From assembly GCF_009914755.1 (NCBI RefSeq), contig NC_060935.1: a stretch of 64,000 nucleotides of DNA; one strand, 5' to 3'. The notes under the pieces were generated by a model. That model was not told the DNA's origin and searched no databases. It saw nothing but the letters and a program-made list of their open reading frames with translations. This document shows, piece by piece, positions 14,201 to 29,582 of this stretch. This stretch comes from the human T2T-CHM13v2.0 reference genome, Homo sapiens. Positions within the stretch are counted from its first letter, which is position 1. Every line of letters begins with the position of its first letter. The position numbers were made by a program, and so were the translations under genes.

Positions 14201-15330
14201 TGTTATGTCCATGGACAATCTATGGAAATGTCTGGTGCACAACAGGTGATAAATAGTCGCTTGTTTGTTTTATAGAAACTGTCAAAAGTGGACAAAACAC
14301 AGGGATAGGGCAGTCTAATGGGGACTTAGAGGGAGTGATGGGACATGTGGTAGGAGTGGCAGGTTCCACTCACCTGAAACTGTGCGTGGATTAGTCCTGG
14401 ACTTGCAAGGATTAAATATCTAGATAAGGATTTGTGCTTCAAGCAATAGACTGGGATGCAGAGGGCAGCACTGATGATGTTCTTGCAAATTTTGGAAGTT
14501 TCTAATTTGGAAAGTATACACGCTGAGGCACCGGAAGGAGTGGGTGGCAGGAGAGGACCAAGTCTCCACTCATTATACTCATGTGGTGAGGTTTTTGTCT
14601 TCAACAATTTAGGAAATACTTATGTAAAAGAAAGACTTCTAAAATAAGAAAATCTCGAAATACTAAAATACTGAAATATAAATCCAAAAGGATCTAAATC
14701 AGGAATACAAAATTTAAAATACTGAAAATTCATGAGGACACTGCCTCCTCCTTCCCCGCACTGTTCAGAGTCAGCAATTCTGAGCAATTTCTCTGCCCCG
14801 AACCATTCAACTATTTTGTATTCCAGAAACCCCACGTGATAGTGATTCTGCAATTTTGCCAAGTTGGAAATCAATTATGGGCAAAAGCACTGATTAACCG
14901 CTGAAGTTTTGTCTGGCTCATCAGCTCTTAAGTAAATAATGCATTTTCTATATGCAGCTGTTCTTCAGGGTGGCTGGGGAGGGGTGTTTGTGGAGGGACA
15001 CGCCGGTGGTGCTCTGTTCTTATTCTCGGAGTTACACTTAATAATTGTCATCATTTTCCTGCACGGAATTGAATGGATAATAAGCCATTTTGGTGAAGGA
15101 AGGTGAGGTGGGTGGTGGTGAGAAAGAGGAAAGAGAAAAGCATTTCACAAATCGTATGCATTCTACTATTTTAATTTATTATCATCAATCCTAAACAATA
15201 TCTCAAAACTATGTTTATAGATCAGAGGAAAATAACTATCTTACTTTATCTTTGTTCAAGTCAGAAAAAAAGTAACCAACTGGCCCAAACAGCATGAAAG
15301 AACACCAGGCAAAAAATAGAAGAAATATAC

Positions 15331-15520
15331 CGTATCATCAAAAGGTGCGTCTGAGTTGAAGTCTCTGTTGAAAAACTGCTTATTAGCCTGAAGAATCTAG
15401 CAGGGTCATCAGAAGACTTTTCACACCCAGTTGGTTCAGCTGTCTCAGATGATTGTACTGCCAAGAAGCTCCTGTGATTCCCAGCTTGGTCCCCTTTGTA
15501 GAAGGCCACGTCTTCTTAAC
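15331..15520 (-). other. Candidate 190-nt non-coding exon
   Basis: Minus-strand acceptor TTTCATTTATTCCTAG|GTTAAG and donor ACG|GTATAT in unique sequence; stop codons in all three frames. Confidence 0.35.
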
Positions 15521-17257
15521 CTAGGAATAAATGAAACTGAACAGATGCCTATACCCCCTTGTGATATTTTTCTGTGACACTTAACATACTTTGAAAAGAC
15601 CAGGGAAATGTTCCTATCAAAGAATAACAGATATATCCACCTGAAGCGTATCGGCATCTTAACTCTTCAATATACTTTGTGTCACTCCAAGAGATTCTGA
15701 GATGACTCTGTACATTCAGATTTATTTTGGATGGACTTAAATGTGGATCATTGTAAGCAAGATATGAAAACAAGACTTGATATGACTTGTTATCTTTCAT
15801 TAAAGCCACAGTCTCAGCCAGTTGGATTTATTAAAGGTCATTGTGCATCCAGCCTGCGCTGAGTACTGAAGGCAAATAATGCACAATTCCTCCTCTTAAG
15901 GAATCGTGGTGAGCCATGAGATAGACACACCGAAGTAAATACTGTCTCGAGGCAGCACGTGTTCATTGCGGCACCATGGCAATAAACGAGTGGTACAGTC
16001 AGTGTCATTGGGTTCTAAGTAGGAGGGTCTGTAGTGTCTCAGGCATAGCGAGGATATCAATTTGCCTGGAGTTGAGGCCTTTCCTAGACGGGTGAAAGGG
16101 GATAATGTTGGTGAGGTGGTTTGCAGTTGAATTGTGGAGGACATTGATAACCAGTATGACTTTAGCTCTGCAGGTAACTAAAACCCCCAGGAAGACTTTG
16201 AGCTGGGGCATCAAATTTCCCTCTGATTTAGGAAGATAAGTCTGGTAGCAGCATGTTGGGCGAGTCAGAGTCAGGGGCAACAAAGCCATCAGAAGGGTTA
16301 GAACCATTTAGACGGCAGCTGGCGGACAATACACCAGGACAGGAGCAGAAAGAGACCCGTGAGAGGGACTGTGAAGAAAGCAGTGATTCTTCATGACAGG
16401 CTTCCTTCCCGCTGGATCATGGTTACCATAATTATTAGTATGTCCATCTTACTACTCTGATTAAATTACAAGTTTCTTGTAGGTAACACCTTGTTTGCAC
16501 AGAGGAGGCTCTGTTGGTTGAATTAAATTGTGTGTAACCTAATACGGTGAAATTAGATTTATTTCCACGCTATTGCTAATGATGTAAATCTGTTTAATTG
16601 TTCGCCAAGACATACCAACTATTTGAGTCTTTGTTGGATATTGAGATTATTTTATGCAAAAGGTGTATTTCCTGACAATGCATTACTTTGAATAGAAACT
16701 TCCCCTACCCACACATAAACAAACACACACACAAAACCAAACACACACACACACAAAAACCCTCAGAATCAAAATGCTTCCTGTTTGACTAATAAAACAG
16801 AAAGGGAATGCTTAAGGAAGCAAACACTTGCTTTTTGAGTTAGAAACCTGAAAGCTGTGAGGGGTGTTAATCAGTTTCTTGGCCATTTAAGCATTCGTCA
16901 CATTTGTTTTTTCCACTTTTTTGATTCATCATTTTAAAAAGCCTCCAACTTGGGGATTTCTGATCTGTTAAAAAAAAACCTTTTAACAAACATCCCTAAC
17001 ACTCTTTTTGGCAAATACCTCTTCTCCTCAGAGTGCAAAAATAGAAATCACTTGCTATTCTAAATAATGTATAGTGTTCTCTTTGAGGCAGGACCTCTCG
17101 TTGCTACTTCAGCTTAAACACTGGCTGGGCTTTCTGAGTCCGGCCTCTTCCAAGAGCTACACGTTTCATGGGGCACGAGGGCGACCTCATAGCCACCTCT
17201 GATACCAATTGTGGCTATAAAGCTTCCCTACACTGCTTGCTTTTCCACTTTCATTTA

Positions 17258-17588
<331 letters not shown>

Positions 17589-17654
17589 TTATTTTTATTC
17601 TTCTTTGTTCATTTCAATTCATCTGCTTTTCATATGGGAGATAGAATGAATATT

Positions 17655-17860
17655 CAGCATGGACTTTGAAGCTGGATCAAATCCGTTTCTAACACTTTAC
17701 TAGCTGAATGACCTCAGTCAACCAACCTCCTGTAGCCTTCGTTTTCTCATTTGAAAATGGGAATAATGATACTGAATTTCAGAAATTAGTGAAGATGAAA
17801 TAAGAGGAGATAACGAATGTAAAGCATCCAGCATATGGTAGTGTTAATAAACATTAGTTT
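17655..17860 (+). mobile_element. MIR SINE
   Basis: GGACTTTGAAG...CTAGCTGAATGACCT...TTTTCTCATTTGAAAATGGGAATAATG. Confidence 0.7.
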
Positions 17861-17944
17861 CTTATTTGATGGATTTTTTTTCTGAGCATTCTCATGCTTA
17901 AGTCAATATATGGGCCAATCCCTCTGTACTGTGTTATTAATAAA

Positions 17945-18130
17945 CAGTGGTTCTCAAAGTGTGGTCCCTCAACCAGCAGCATCAGCGTCAGTGGGAACTT
18001 GTTGGAAATGCAAATTATCAGGCCCACCCTATTCCTGCTGAATGAAAAACTCCAGGGGAGGGGCCCGGCCGGTTGTGGTTTATCAACCCTTCAGAGGGTT
18101 CTGATGCGCACTGAAGTTTGAGAACCCCTG
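17945..18130 (+). mobile_element. MER5A (hAT-Charlie)
   Basis: Terminal inverted repeats CAGTGGTTCTCAAA ... TTTGAGAACCCCTG; internal GAAATGCAAATT. Confidence 0.9.
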
Positions 18131-18392
18131 ATTCTAGATAAAGGTTAGCACACTGTGTTTGTGGGTGTGGTGGGGTGTTCATCCAAAGGAAATAAACCAG
18201 TGAGGTGCAACTGGAGAGTAATTACATTATTTAGATTTGGTCTTTGGTTTCCGGGTCTATTGTTTGCTCTCTTTCCTTGTCAAGCTAAGTCTTTGGGACC
18301 AGGGATGCGGAAGTAAATAGAGTTTGATTTCTGTGATCTGTTGAGATCTGAGGATTTGAAGTGGTCCTGAATCCCAGGCTCAAATAGCATAG

Positions 18393-18718
<326 letters not shown>

Positions 18719-18815
18719 AGCTCTGCATTTTTATATAGGCCTCTTTGTCTTGGGGGCCCCTCTGGCTTTGGGAGTGGGATGGGAGGGCTAAGATGACACC
18801 AGGACCGGATGGTAA

Positions 18816-19157
<342 letters not shown>

Positions 19158-19188
19158 TAGAGACATCCCTCCACCTTCCATTTTTGGA

Positions 19189-19513
19189 TTTTTCTTTTTT
19201 CTTTTTTCTTTTTCTTTTTTTTTTTTTTTGAGACAGGGTCTCATTCTGTCACCCAGGCTGGAGTGTGTGGTTTGATCACAGCTCACTGCAACCTTGACCT
19301 CTTGGACTCAAGCAAGCCTCAGGAGGCTGAGGCCTCCCTGAGCAGCTGGGACCACAGGAGTGCGCCACCATGCCCAGCTACTTTCTGTATTTTTTGTAGA
19401 GACTGGGTCTTGCTATGCTGCCCAGGCTGGTCTTGAACTCCTGCCTGAAGTGATCTGCCTGCCTTGGCCTCCCAAAGTGCTGGGATTACAGGCATGAGGC
19501 ACCATGCCCGGCC
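19189..19513 (-). mobile_element. AluJ
   Basis: Reverse dimer; TSD CACCTTCCATTTTTGG. Confidence 0.85.
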
Positions 19514-19870
19514 AGCACCTTCCATTTTTGGCTCTGAAACCAGACTTTGAATTTTTCTTCCCTTTTTTCCTTTTAATGTAATTTGTGACTTCAAGGGCTA
19601 ACAAGGCTTTGGGTTTTGTGTGAGATGAGCAGGGAGGAAGGTCATCAAAGGATTGGCACTAAATGTTGTTGATCTTTTATGAGAAGCTACTCCTGAAAAT
19701 TGGCGTCCAGTTCTGAGCTTTCAGTATTTTGGTGCACTCTGGGGTCAAAACGATAGCAAGACAGACACATAAACTAATCAATGGCTAAAGAAACTCAGTT
19801 TTCGAGTGTATTCCAAATAGCTGCATTCAGGTGCCGCGGCCGCTCAAGCTGGGTTTGCAGTTGGTTAGAT

Positions 19871-19888
19871 ACCGCCCCCTTGTGGGCA
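19871..19888 (-). promoter_or_regulatory. Predicted CTCF site in a small CpG cluster
   Basis: Minus strand CCACAAGGGGGCGG, 1 mismatch to CCASYAGRKGGCRS; GCGGCCGC nearby. Confidence 0.6.
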
Positions 19889-20569
19889 GCGGGTGTCACT
19901 GGCTCCTGTCGGGAGCAGGGGCGCCTGCAGCTTGATCAGCTCAAATTTCCTCAGGGTCATTGATTAAATGTCCGTGCCTTGTCTTTCTATTCTTTCTCCT
20001 GCCCTGGTCTTCTATCACCATTTGAATTTCCATCAACTCTACGCTGATTTGGGGAGATACAAATGTTATAACTACCCAGTTGCAGCTGTGTGGATCGGGG
20101 AGCTATGGGGTCTGGTACCACCGATGGGATTCTGTAAATACATATGCCCCACCCCATGATGAATTATTATTTTTTTAAAGTTCAAAATTATGCAAGTAAT
20201 ATGTTTATTGTAGAAAAATTAAAAAATTACAGCCACAAGCCTATCACTTACCAAACAGATATTTTGTTATGTTATATTATTCTATTAATATATACCTCTC
20301 CCCTCAATATTCCTACTGACCACTTTTCTCTCTCCGGTTCCACTTTAATTCTATTCGTCTATTCCAGGAACAAGAAAACAGAGAAGAGAGGAGGGGAACG
20401 GAGACCAGGCAGTGATAGAAAGTGAACAATGCTTTATTTCTTGGCCTTGCCTCACTGGGGCTGGCTGCAGTTATCCTGAAATGAGACAGCACCCTCCTTG
20501 ATTGCTTGACCTGGTAACTTAAAGTGACACGTGTACCACATGGCCCCTCGTCCTCTTCCTTCCTTGACC

Positions 20570-20765
20570 TCTTCTTTTTATCTATTTTCTCTTTCTTTCC
20601 TTCCTTTCTTTCTTTCTTTTCTTTCTTTCTTTCTCTTTCTTCTTTCTCTCCTTCCTTTCTTCCTTCTTTCCTTCCTTCCTTCCTTCCTTCCTCCCTTCCT
20701 TCCTTCTTTCCTTCTCTCTCTCTCTTTCTTTCTTTCTCTTTCCTCTCTCTGTCTTTCTCTCTTTC
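20570..20765. repeat. (CTTT)n/(CCTT)n polypyrimidine microsatellite (expanded Alu tail)
   Basis: About 190 bp almost purely C/T. Confidence 0.9.
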
Positions 20766-21262
<497 letters not shown>

Positions 21263-21534
21263 TAATAAAGGCTCTTACATATTAGAGTTATTAACCCTAG
21301 GTCTGTCATTAAAGTTAAAAAAATTTAACTTATTCATCAACACCTTATTCAACACCTTCATGAATTCATTCAACAATCAATCAGCACTTAGGGTGTGTTA
21401 TCAGGTGCTGTTCTAGATTCTGGAGATTCAGTGATTTACAAAAGGATAGATGGGGTTTCTGCTTTTGTGGAGTTTAAGTGAAGAGGGAAGAGAAATGTAA
21501 AAGCAAGTAAATAGTTTTAGATTTTGGTGAGTGC

Positions 21535-21855
21535 TTTGTTGTTGTTGTTGTTTGTTTTGAGTCAGAGTCTCACTCTGTCGCCCAGGCTGGGGTGCAGTGT
21601 CTCACTGTAGCCTAGACCTCCTGGGCTCAAGAGGTCCTCCCATCTCAGCCTCCTGAGTAGCTGGGACTACAGGCATGCACCACCATGCCTGGCTCATTAA
21701 AAAAGTAGTGGGTGTTTTTTTTTTTTTTTTTTTTTTTTGCTGAGAGTGGGTCTCACTATGTTGGCCTGGCTGTTCTCAAACTCTTGGGCTCAAGTGATCC
21801 TCCCGCCTCAGCCTCCCAAAGTGCTGGGATGACAGGTGTGAGTCACTGCACCCTG
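21535..21855 (-). mobile_element. AluJ within an L2 remnant
   Basis: Reverse Alu; TSD GTGAGTGCTTTG. Confidence 0.85.
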
Positions 21856-22103
21856 CATGTGAGTGCTTTGAAGCAAGGTAAGGTGATGGGGGAGTTTGTT
21901 CCTTTAGTTGAGGCTGTTGGGAAGGGCTGCTCTGAGTAGGTGGGATCCACATGAGGACAAGGAGTCAGCAACATTTCAACCCAGGAAGAACCTTCAGACA
22001 GAAGTCAGAGAAAGGGCAAATACCCCACAGGCGAGTAAGCCTGCTGCACCAGTGTCCAAATGAAGGCTGTTGATACCACGGCATAGAGAACAAGAGAGAC
22101 ATA

Positions 22104-22353
<250 letters not shown>

Positions 22354-22688
22354 TTATCTTAGATGAGGTTGGAAATGAAGGATTTTATGGGCATAAGAGA
22401 TGGTCTCATTTACCTTATTCAAAGGGCGTGCAGGCGGTTCTCTGGCAAAAGGACAGTGAGGGAGGCAGAGGGGGCACCACAGACAGACAGTGAGGAAGAC
22501 TGTGTGTCGGTCCAGATAAGATGTGATGATGGCTTAGCTATGGGTGGCAGCCACTGGAGAGGGGAGAAGTCAATGAGCCCTAGACACTCCTTGAGGGAAG
22601 AGCTCATGGGACTTGCAGCTGAACTGGATTTAGGGCAGAAAGGAAGAATCAGAAATATTTGCCTTTCAGTGTTGTTTATGGTTTTTCG

Positions 22689-22712
22689 GTGTGTGTGTGT
22701 GTGTGTGTGTGT
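22689..22712. repeat. (GT)n microsatellite
   Basis: About 12 GT units. Confidence 0.9.
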
Positions 22713-23015
22713 TTAGCCTTACTAAAATACTACATTGTAAATGTATTTATTTGTAGCAAATATTACTATTTTTCGTAGCAAGAACTTGTGCTCTGAATAA
22801 TTTGGGGGATGTTTCACGTGGGCTTTGTTTGTTTAACAGCCCAAATGGCTGCAAACATCTCATCAACCAAACAATTCGCCTTCCTCACGTCCTCATTTCT
22901 TCAAGACAGAGGACAAGAGCTAGAAGATAGGATGATATTTTGACTTAAGAAACCTACTTCAGCACTATAGAAAAGAATAATAATAATAATAAATTAAAAA
23001 AAAAAAAAAGAAATC

Positions 23016-23319
23016 AGCCAGGCGCGGTGGCTCACGCCTGTAATCCCAGCACTTTGGGAGGCCGAGGCTGGTGGATCATGAGGTCAGGAGATTGAGACCA
23101 TCCTGGCTAACATGGTGAAACCCCGTCTCTACTAAAAATACAAAAAATTAGCCAGGCGTGGTGGCAGGTGCCTGTAGTCCCAGCTACTCGGGAGGCTGAG
23201 GAGGAGAATGGCGTGAACCCGGGAGGTGGAGCTTGCATTGAGCCGAGATCAAGCCGCTGCACTGCAGCCTGGGTGACAGAGCAAGACTCCGTCTCAAAAA
23301 AAAAAAAAAAAAAAAAAAA
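23016..23319 (+). mobile_element. AluY
   Basis: CCATCCTGGCTAACA, GGCGTGAACCCGGGAGG.GGAGCTTGCA. Confidence 0.95.
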
Positions 23320-24084
23320 GAAATCTACTTTATGTTCAGGCCCGAGTCTGGGTTTTGAAAAATAATGAATCGGATCCTTTATTGGAACCAGTTGACAGTC
23401 TGTTCCAGTTTTTAGGAGCATTTTTCTCCTGGTCGTGCTGTTACTCATTTGATGCTGAGAAAGAGCGATCAATGAAGCCATGGCATGAGACATCTGGCAG
23501 CAGCTCTTCTCCGTCACATTTCCAGCGCCTTCTATGAATAAGAAATGCAAACTCAATGGCCGTCCGTCTGCTCATCAGGGCTCCCTTTGTTGGACTTCCT
23601 CATGCTGTCTCGTTTGGATTTGTGATCGCTCAGGCAGGATGGACTAGGGGAGTGCGGGTGTGCATGTGTGTGTTTGCACGCCTGTGTGTGAGCAAGCATG
23701 TGTATGTATGAGCACATGTGTGAAGGAGAGAAAGATGACAGAGAGGAGAGGCAGATAGGAAAGCCTACAGAAGGAAACAGCAAGACAGGCAGGGGTGGAG
23801 ACAGAGTCCGAGGCAGAGACAGGGTGGAAAGCTAGAAACCCAACAAGTGAGAGTGGATGGGTGATGTTTTCTCAGATTCCTCACTCTGAGGCTGTAAAAC
23901 CTGCTGAGAAGAGATGCTGGGGGACTCACAGTCATTTTCAGCAGTGTCTGTCTTGTGTGTGGCTGAGTCCTCCTACTATATCTGCACTCAAGAGAAACTG
24001 AAGCTTGTGGTTGAGAAACTAGATGAGGCTTGGGAAGGCTGCAGCAGCAAAGGGGATGAAAGACTTGGAGTTTTTATTTGGCAG

Positions 24085-24503
24085 GGATATGTGTTGAATT
24101 GTGTCCTCCAAAAAAATATGGTCAGGTTCTAACCCTGCATACCTGGGAATGAGATCTTGTTTAGAAATCAGATCTTTGCAGATGCTATCAAGTTAACATG
24201 GTCATTAGTGTGAGCCCTCATCCTATATGACTGGGATCCTTATAAGGAGGGGGAAATTGGGACAGAGGGAGAGCACCAAGTGACGACAGAGGCAGAGATT
24301 GGAACATTGCAGCTGCAAGCCAGTGAAGGCCCTGGGCTGCTGGCTGCCACCCAAAGCCGGGAAGAGGCGAGGCAAGGAAGGATCCTCCCCTACAGGGTTC
24401 ACAGGGAGCCTGGCCCTGCTAGAAACTTGATTTTGGACTCCATCCTCCCATAATTTCAAGCCGCCCAGTTTGTGGTACTCTGTTACAGCAGCCACGGAAA
24501 ACA
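24085..24503 (+). mobile_element. MaLR LTR (MLT1C-like, internal deletion)
   Basis: GTTGAATTGTGTCCTCCAAAAA...GCAGAGATTGGA..GCAAGGAAGGATCCTCCC...CAGTTTGTGGTACT. Confidence 0.75.
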
Positions 24504-24539
24504 AAGGCAGGCAGATAGTAGACGAAGTACATCATTAGT

Positions 24540-24762
24540 GTGATGCCACAGTTAGAAAGCTTAATATGAGTTTGAGCTGCATTAATAGGAGTATAGCATC
24601 TAAAATGAGGGAGGAGAGGGTTGTCTTCCACCCCGGGATGTTTATAGTGCAAGCAGACAATTGCATTCACTCCTGAGAAGTATATTTGGCAGGACATGAA
24701 CAAGCTAGAGATTGTTCAGAAAATACCCAGAGTGGGAGAGGAGCCTGGAACCCTGCCACATT
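24540..24762 (+). mobile_element. CR1/L3 LINE fragment
   Basis: GCTGCATTAATAGGAGTATAGCATC...GGACATGAACAAGCTAGAG. Confidence 0.6.
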
Positions 24763-25416
24763 GTCACCTAGACTTTTGCAATCTGAAGCCAAGCTCCCTT
24801 ATTTTTGTAGCTTTAACTCATAACATTTCCATATATATATATATTCAATCATTCATTCAAACAAAGATAAACTGTGGCCCTGGCTGCCTTCTTTTTTCAT
24901 TCCACAGATGATTCATTCCTGTGCCTTCAGTTTTCATCTCCACCCAAATTTCTCTCTGGAGCTCCAGATCTACTTATGTGCCCACCTACTCCATTCCAGT
25001 CAGTGATCACCTAAGCTCAACTTGGCTAAAATGGAACTCATTATTTACCCCCACCCCCAAGACTTGCTCACTCCTCTGTTAACCCTGTCTCAGCAAAGGG
25101 CACCTCTACCCACTTGACTGCCTGAGCCACAACTGCGGGTCCTGGAAGCTCCTGGAGGGCTGGACCTGAGCCTGCTCTTTCCCCGGGCTCCCCTCTGGTT
25201 CCCAGGACAGGTGGTGCCCACAGTGGAAACTTACTTGAGTGGACAGATGGCCCCTCTCCTGCTTTTGCCCCCATGGGAAAGCAACACTTAGTTTTTGGTT
25301 TGTCTTGAAATAAGGCTATCTAGGGACACCACAAATATTCAGTTGTTTAAACGACATAGATTTTCTGGGAATATTTTAAAAGACTGAAGATAGGGACGGT
25401 GCAGTAGAACATGTGC

Positions 25417-25852
<436 letters not shown>

Positions 25853-26009
25853 TGAATATTCATCTGACACTGTGCCATTACCTTCTCCTTACAAACCTCT
25901 AGCGGAAGTTGATGGTACTGAACAGTAGAAGGTAAGTACTCAGATTCTTACTTTGGGTTTTAACATAATACCACCGCCCTCCTTCCTTCCCTCCCTGTTC
26001 CCCACCTCC

Positions 26010-26393
26010 TTGTTATGAACTGGATATCTGTGCCCCGCATCCCCTAGAATTCATATGTTGAAAGCCCCAACCTCTAACGTGTTGGTATTTGGAAGAAGGA
26101 CCTTCAGGAGGTTTAGAGGCAGTCATGAGGGTGGAGCCCCATGATGGAATTCATGTTTTTATAAAAGGAAGGAGGAGACCAGAGCTCTCTTTCTCTCCGC
26201 CATGTAAGGACACAGCAAGAAGGCTGCTGTCTGCAAGTCAGGAAGAGAGCTCTCTCTCTAGGAATTGAATTGCCAGCACCTTGCCTTGCTCTTGGACTTC
26301 CCAGACTCCAGGACTGTGAGAAATAAATACCTGTTGTGTATAAGCCGCTCAGTGTCTGATATTTTGTGATAGCAGTATGAATGGACTAAGACA
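26010..26393 (+). mobile_element. MaLR LTR (MLT1A-like)
   Basis: TGTTATGAACTG..AATTCATATGTTGAA...ATGGACTAAGACA. Confidence 0.8.
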
Positions 26394-26820
26394 CTCCCTT
26401 TCTCCCTCCCTCCCTCCCTTTCTTCCTTATTTCTTCTTTCCTCCTTTTTTTCTCTCTGTCTTCCTCTGTCTCTCCTTCTCTCTCCCCCCAGTTGCAATCT
26501 CTTTTCTGACTTCATTTCTTGTGGGCAGAAAGAACTACAGGGTTTCCAGAGGCTTCTATTTGGGTCATGGCAAGCAGCTCAGGTTTCACAAGCACAGGAC
26601 AGATGGTAAGCCAGCTTTCCTTCTGAGCAGAGGGCTCACCCGTCAGAAGGAGGCTGGTTTATTCGTTGGCCAAATTGTTTATAATATCATGCTTATTGTG
26701 GGTGTCTTTTCTTCATTCTAGACTTTGGTGGTTAAAAACATAAAACAAAACAAAACCCTTGGAGAACGCTTTGGTCTCTTTCTTTATTTTATTTTTTAGA
26801 TTTGAAAATATCAACATCTA

Positions 26821-27120
26821 CTTATTTATTTATTTTTAGAGACAGGGTCTCACTCTGTTGTCCAGGCTGGAGTGCAGTAGCATGATCGTAGCTCACTGTA
26901 ACCTGGAACTTCCAGGCTCAATTTTCCCATCCCAGACTCAGGAGTAGCTGGGTCTATAGGAATGCACCACCACACCTGGCTAAGTTTTAAATTTTTCTGT
27001 TGAGATGGGGTCTTGCTGTGTTGCCCAGGCTGGTCTCAAACTTTTGGCCTCAAGCAACCGTCCCACTTCGGCCTCTCAAGGCACTGGGATTACAGGTATG
27101 AGCCACCATGCTGGGCTGGC
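26821..27120 (-). mobile_element. AluJ
   Basis: Reverse dimer. Confidence 0.85.
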
Positions 27121-27299
27121 TTTGGTCTGTTTCTGCCTAACAAATCTGCATTGCCTATGTGTGGCAAGGGAAAATGATGATCATTGGTGAGGTGTGTCTG
27201 GGAACATGAGGGTGGAAATGCAGACCAAGGGCATGGGCACAGATTTCTGGACAGATGGAGTTAAGCTGAGTGGGTGCCTATGAATGTGTTGCAGGCAGA

Positions 27300-28116
<817 letters not shown>

Positions 28117-28568
28117 TCTCCTGCACTTTGACTTTGACCCTTGTCCTGGCCCAGGCAGGCCTGAGTCTGTGGGTAAACCTCCAGCTAGACACAGATTTAT
28201 TCAGGGAAATGGAAGGTGGAGAAAACAGCTGGTGGGAGATGGGGCATCAGTGAGTTTAGCTTAAAGGGGTTAAGGAGAGCAAAAACCACCAATGTCCCTG
28301 TCTCTTTGCCAGATAACTCTCAGTAAAGCAGTGAATTCTTGCTTGAGTCTCAAACTTTGTACTAATGAGAGGGGCCTGTTTTACCCAGAGTTATATAACC
28401 TCTGCTCTTTATCCTGGTATTATTCACTTCCAAGTCTGTCACTACCACCGGACTTTTGGCTGAAAACTGTCAAAGAAACCATCACGGATTAGGACCTATT
28501 GGGTGAAGGGTGTGAACGTTGTGTGTGGGGGTTGGCAGAGGAGAACGCGGGGCCTCCGGCTGGCTGTC

Positions 28569-28582
28569 GTTGCCATGACAAC
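28569..28582. promoter_or_regulatory. Predicted RFX X-box
   Basis: GTTGCCATGACAAC, 1 mismatch from palindromic GTTGCCATGGCAAC, in unique CpG-retaining sequence. Confidence 0.5.
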
Positions 28583-28834
28583 TGCAGGAACTCTTGCTCC
28601 ACCCATTTGAAATGTCCTGACTCTTGGAATGAAAGGCAGTTAATTGAAGGGTTTCACCTAACATCTGCGCAATTGCAGTGATTATCTGAGCAAGTAGGTA
28701 GGGAATCAAAATGAGGTCTCAGAGGAACTTAGGCCTGAGACATCTTCTCAGAAGATGCATTATCTAGTGGATTTGAGTGAGAGGATAGAAAGACTGGGGG
28801 TGGGAGTGCCTTTGGAGAGTACAAAATGATAAAA

Positions 28835-29038
28835 GGGATCACTTCAGGTCAAGAGTTCGAGACCAGCCTGGCCAACATGACAAAACCCCGTCTCTACTAA
28901 AGATACACACGCACACAAATGAGCAGGGCATGGTGGTGCATGCTCGTCATCCCAGCTAGCCGGGAGGCAGAGGTTGCAGTGAGCTGAGATCGTGCCACTG
29001 CACTCCAGCCTGGGCAACAGAGAGCCAGACTCTGTCTC

Positions 29039-29068
<30 letters not shown>
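28835..29068 (+). mobile_element. Truncated, internally deleted AluS
   Basis: GGATCACTTCAGGTCAAGAGTTCGAGACC...; right arm lacks about 35 bp. Confidence 0.85.
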
Positions 29069-29069
<1 letters not shown>

Positions 29070-29582
29070 TAAGGGCAGGAGAGCAGAAATTGGATGTGAG
29101 AAATATCTTTACGAGGTAGAAGGAGCTTCTGAACTTGTTAATGGATTGGAAGTATGGGGTAAGGCGAGAGTGCCCAGATTTCTCATTAGGACAGCGGCAT
29201 GCATCGTGGCCTCCGTGAAGTTCCCACCAAGATTGGGAACTGATCCGCATTCCCACAGGAGAGAAGCAGGCTCAGGGGGATGGAAGAGGATTTCCACTTT
29301 GCACAGGCTGAGGTCTCAGTGCAAAACCTGGGCACAAAGCACCCCTTTCAACTCTGCTTTTTCATGTTGAACTGAAGAGAGTCACCCTCCTAGTCCCCAT
29401 CCTGGCTCATGAGAGGAATCAAACTGAAATGAAGGGGGAAAGGATTTTATTCATCAGAGTCTCATAATGTTGAAAAATCTCTAGTCCGATCACGAGGCCT
29501 ATCCATCCAAATCCATAGCAGGGTTAAATTCATCCCTGTGAGCTGGCCTGCCCAGAGGTGCTGGAAAGAAACATTAACCATT

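Noticed and set aside
15261-15509. 82-aa ORF with hydrophobic C-terminus as a microprotein
   Set aside because: GTG start, immediately preceded by an in-frame stop, and no recognisable homology; the candidate donor would remove the hydrophobic tail.
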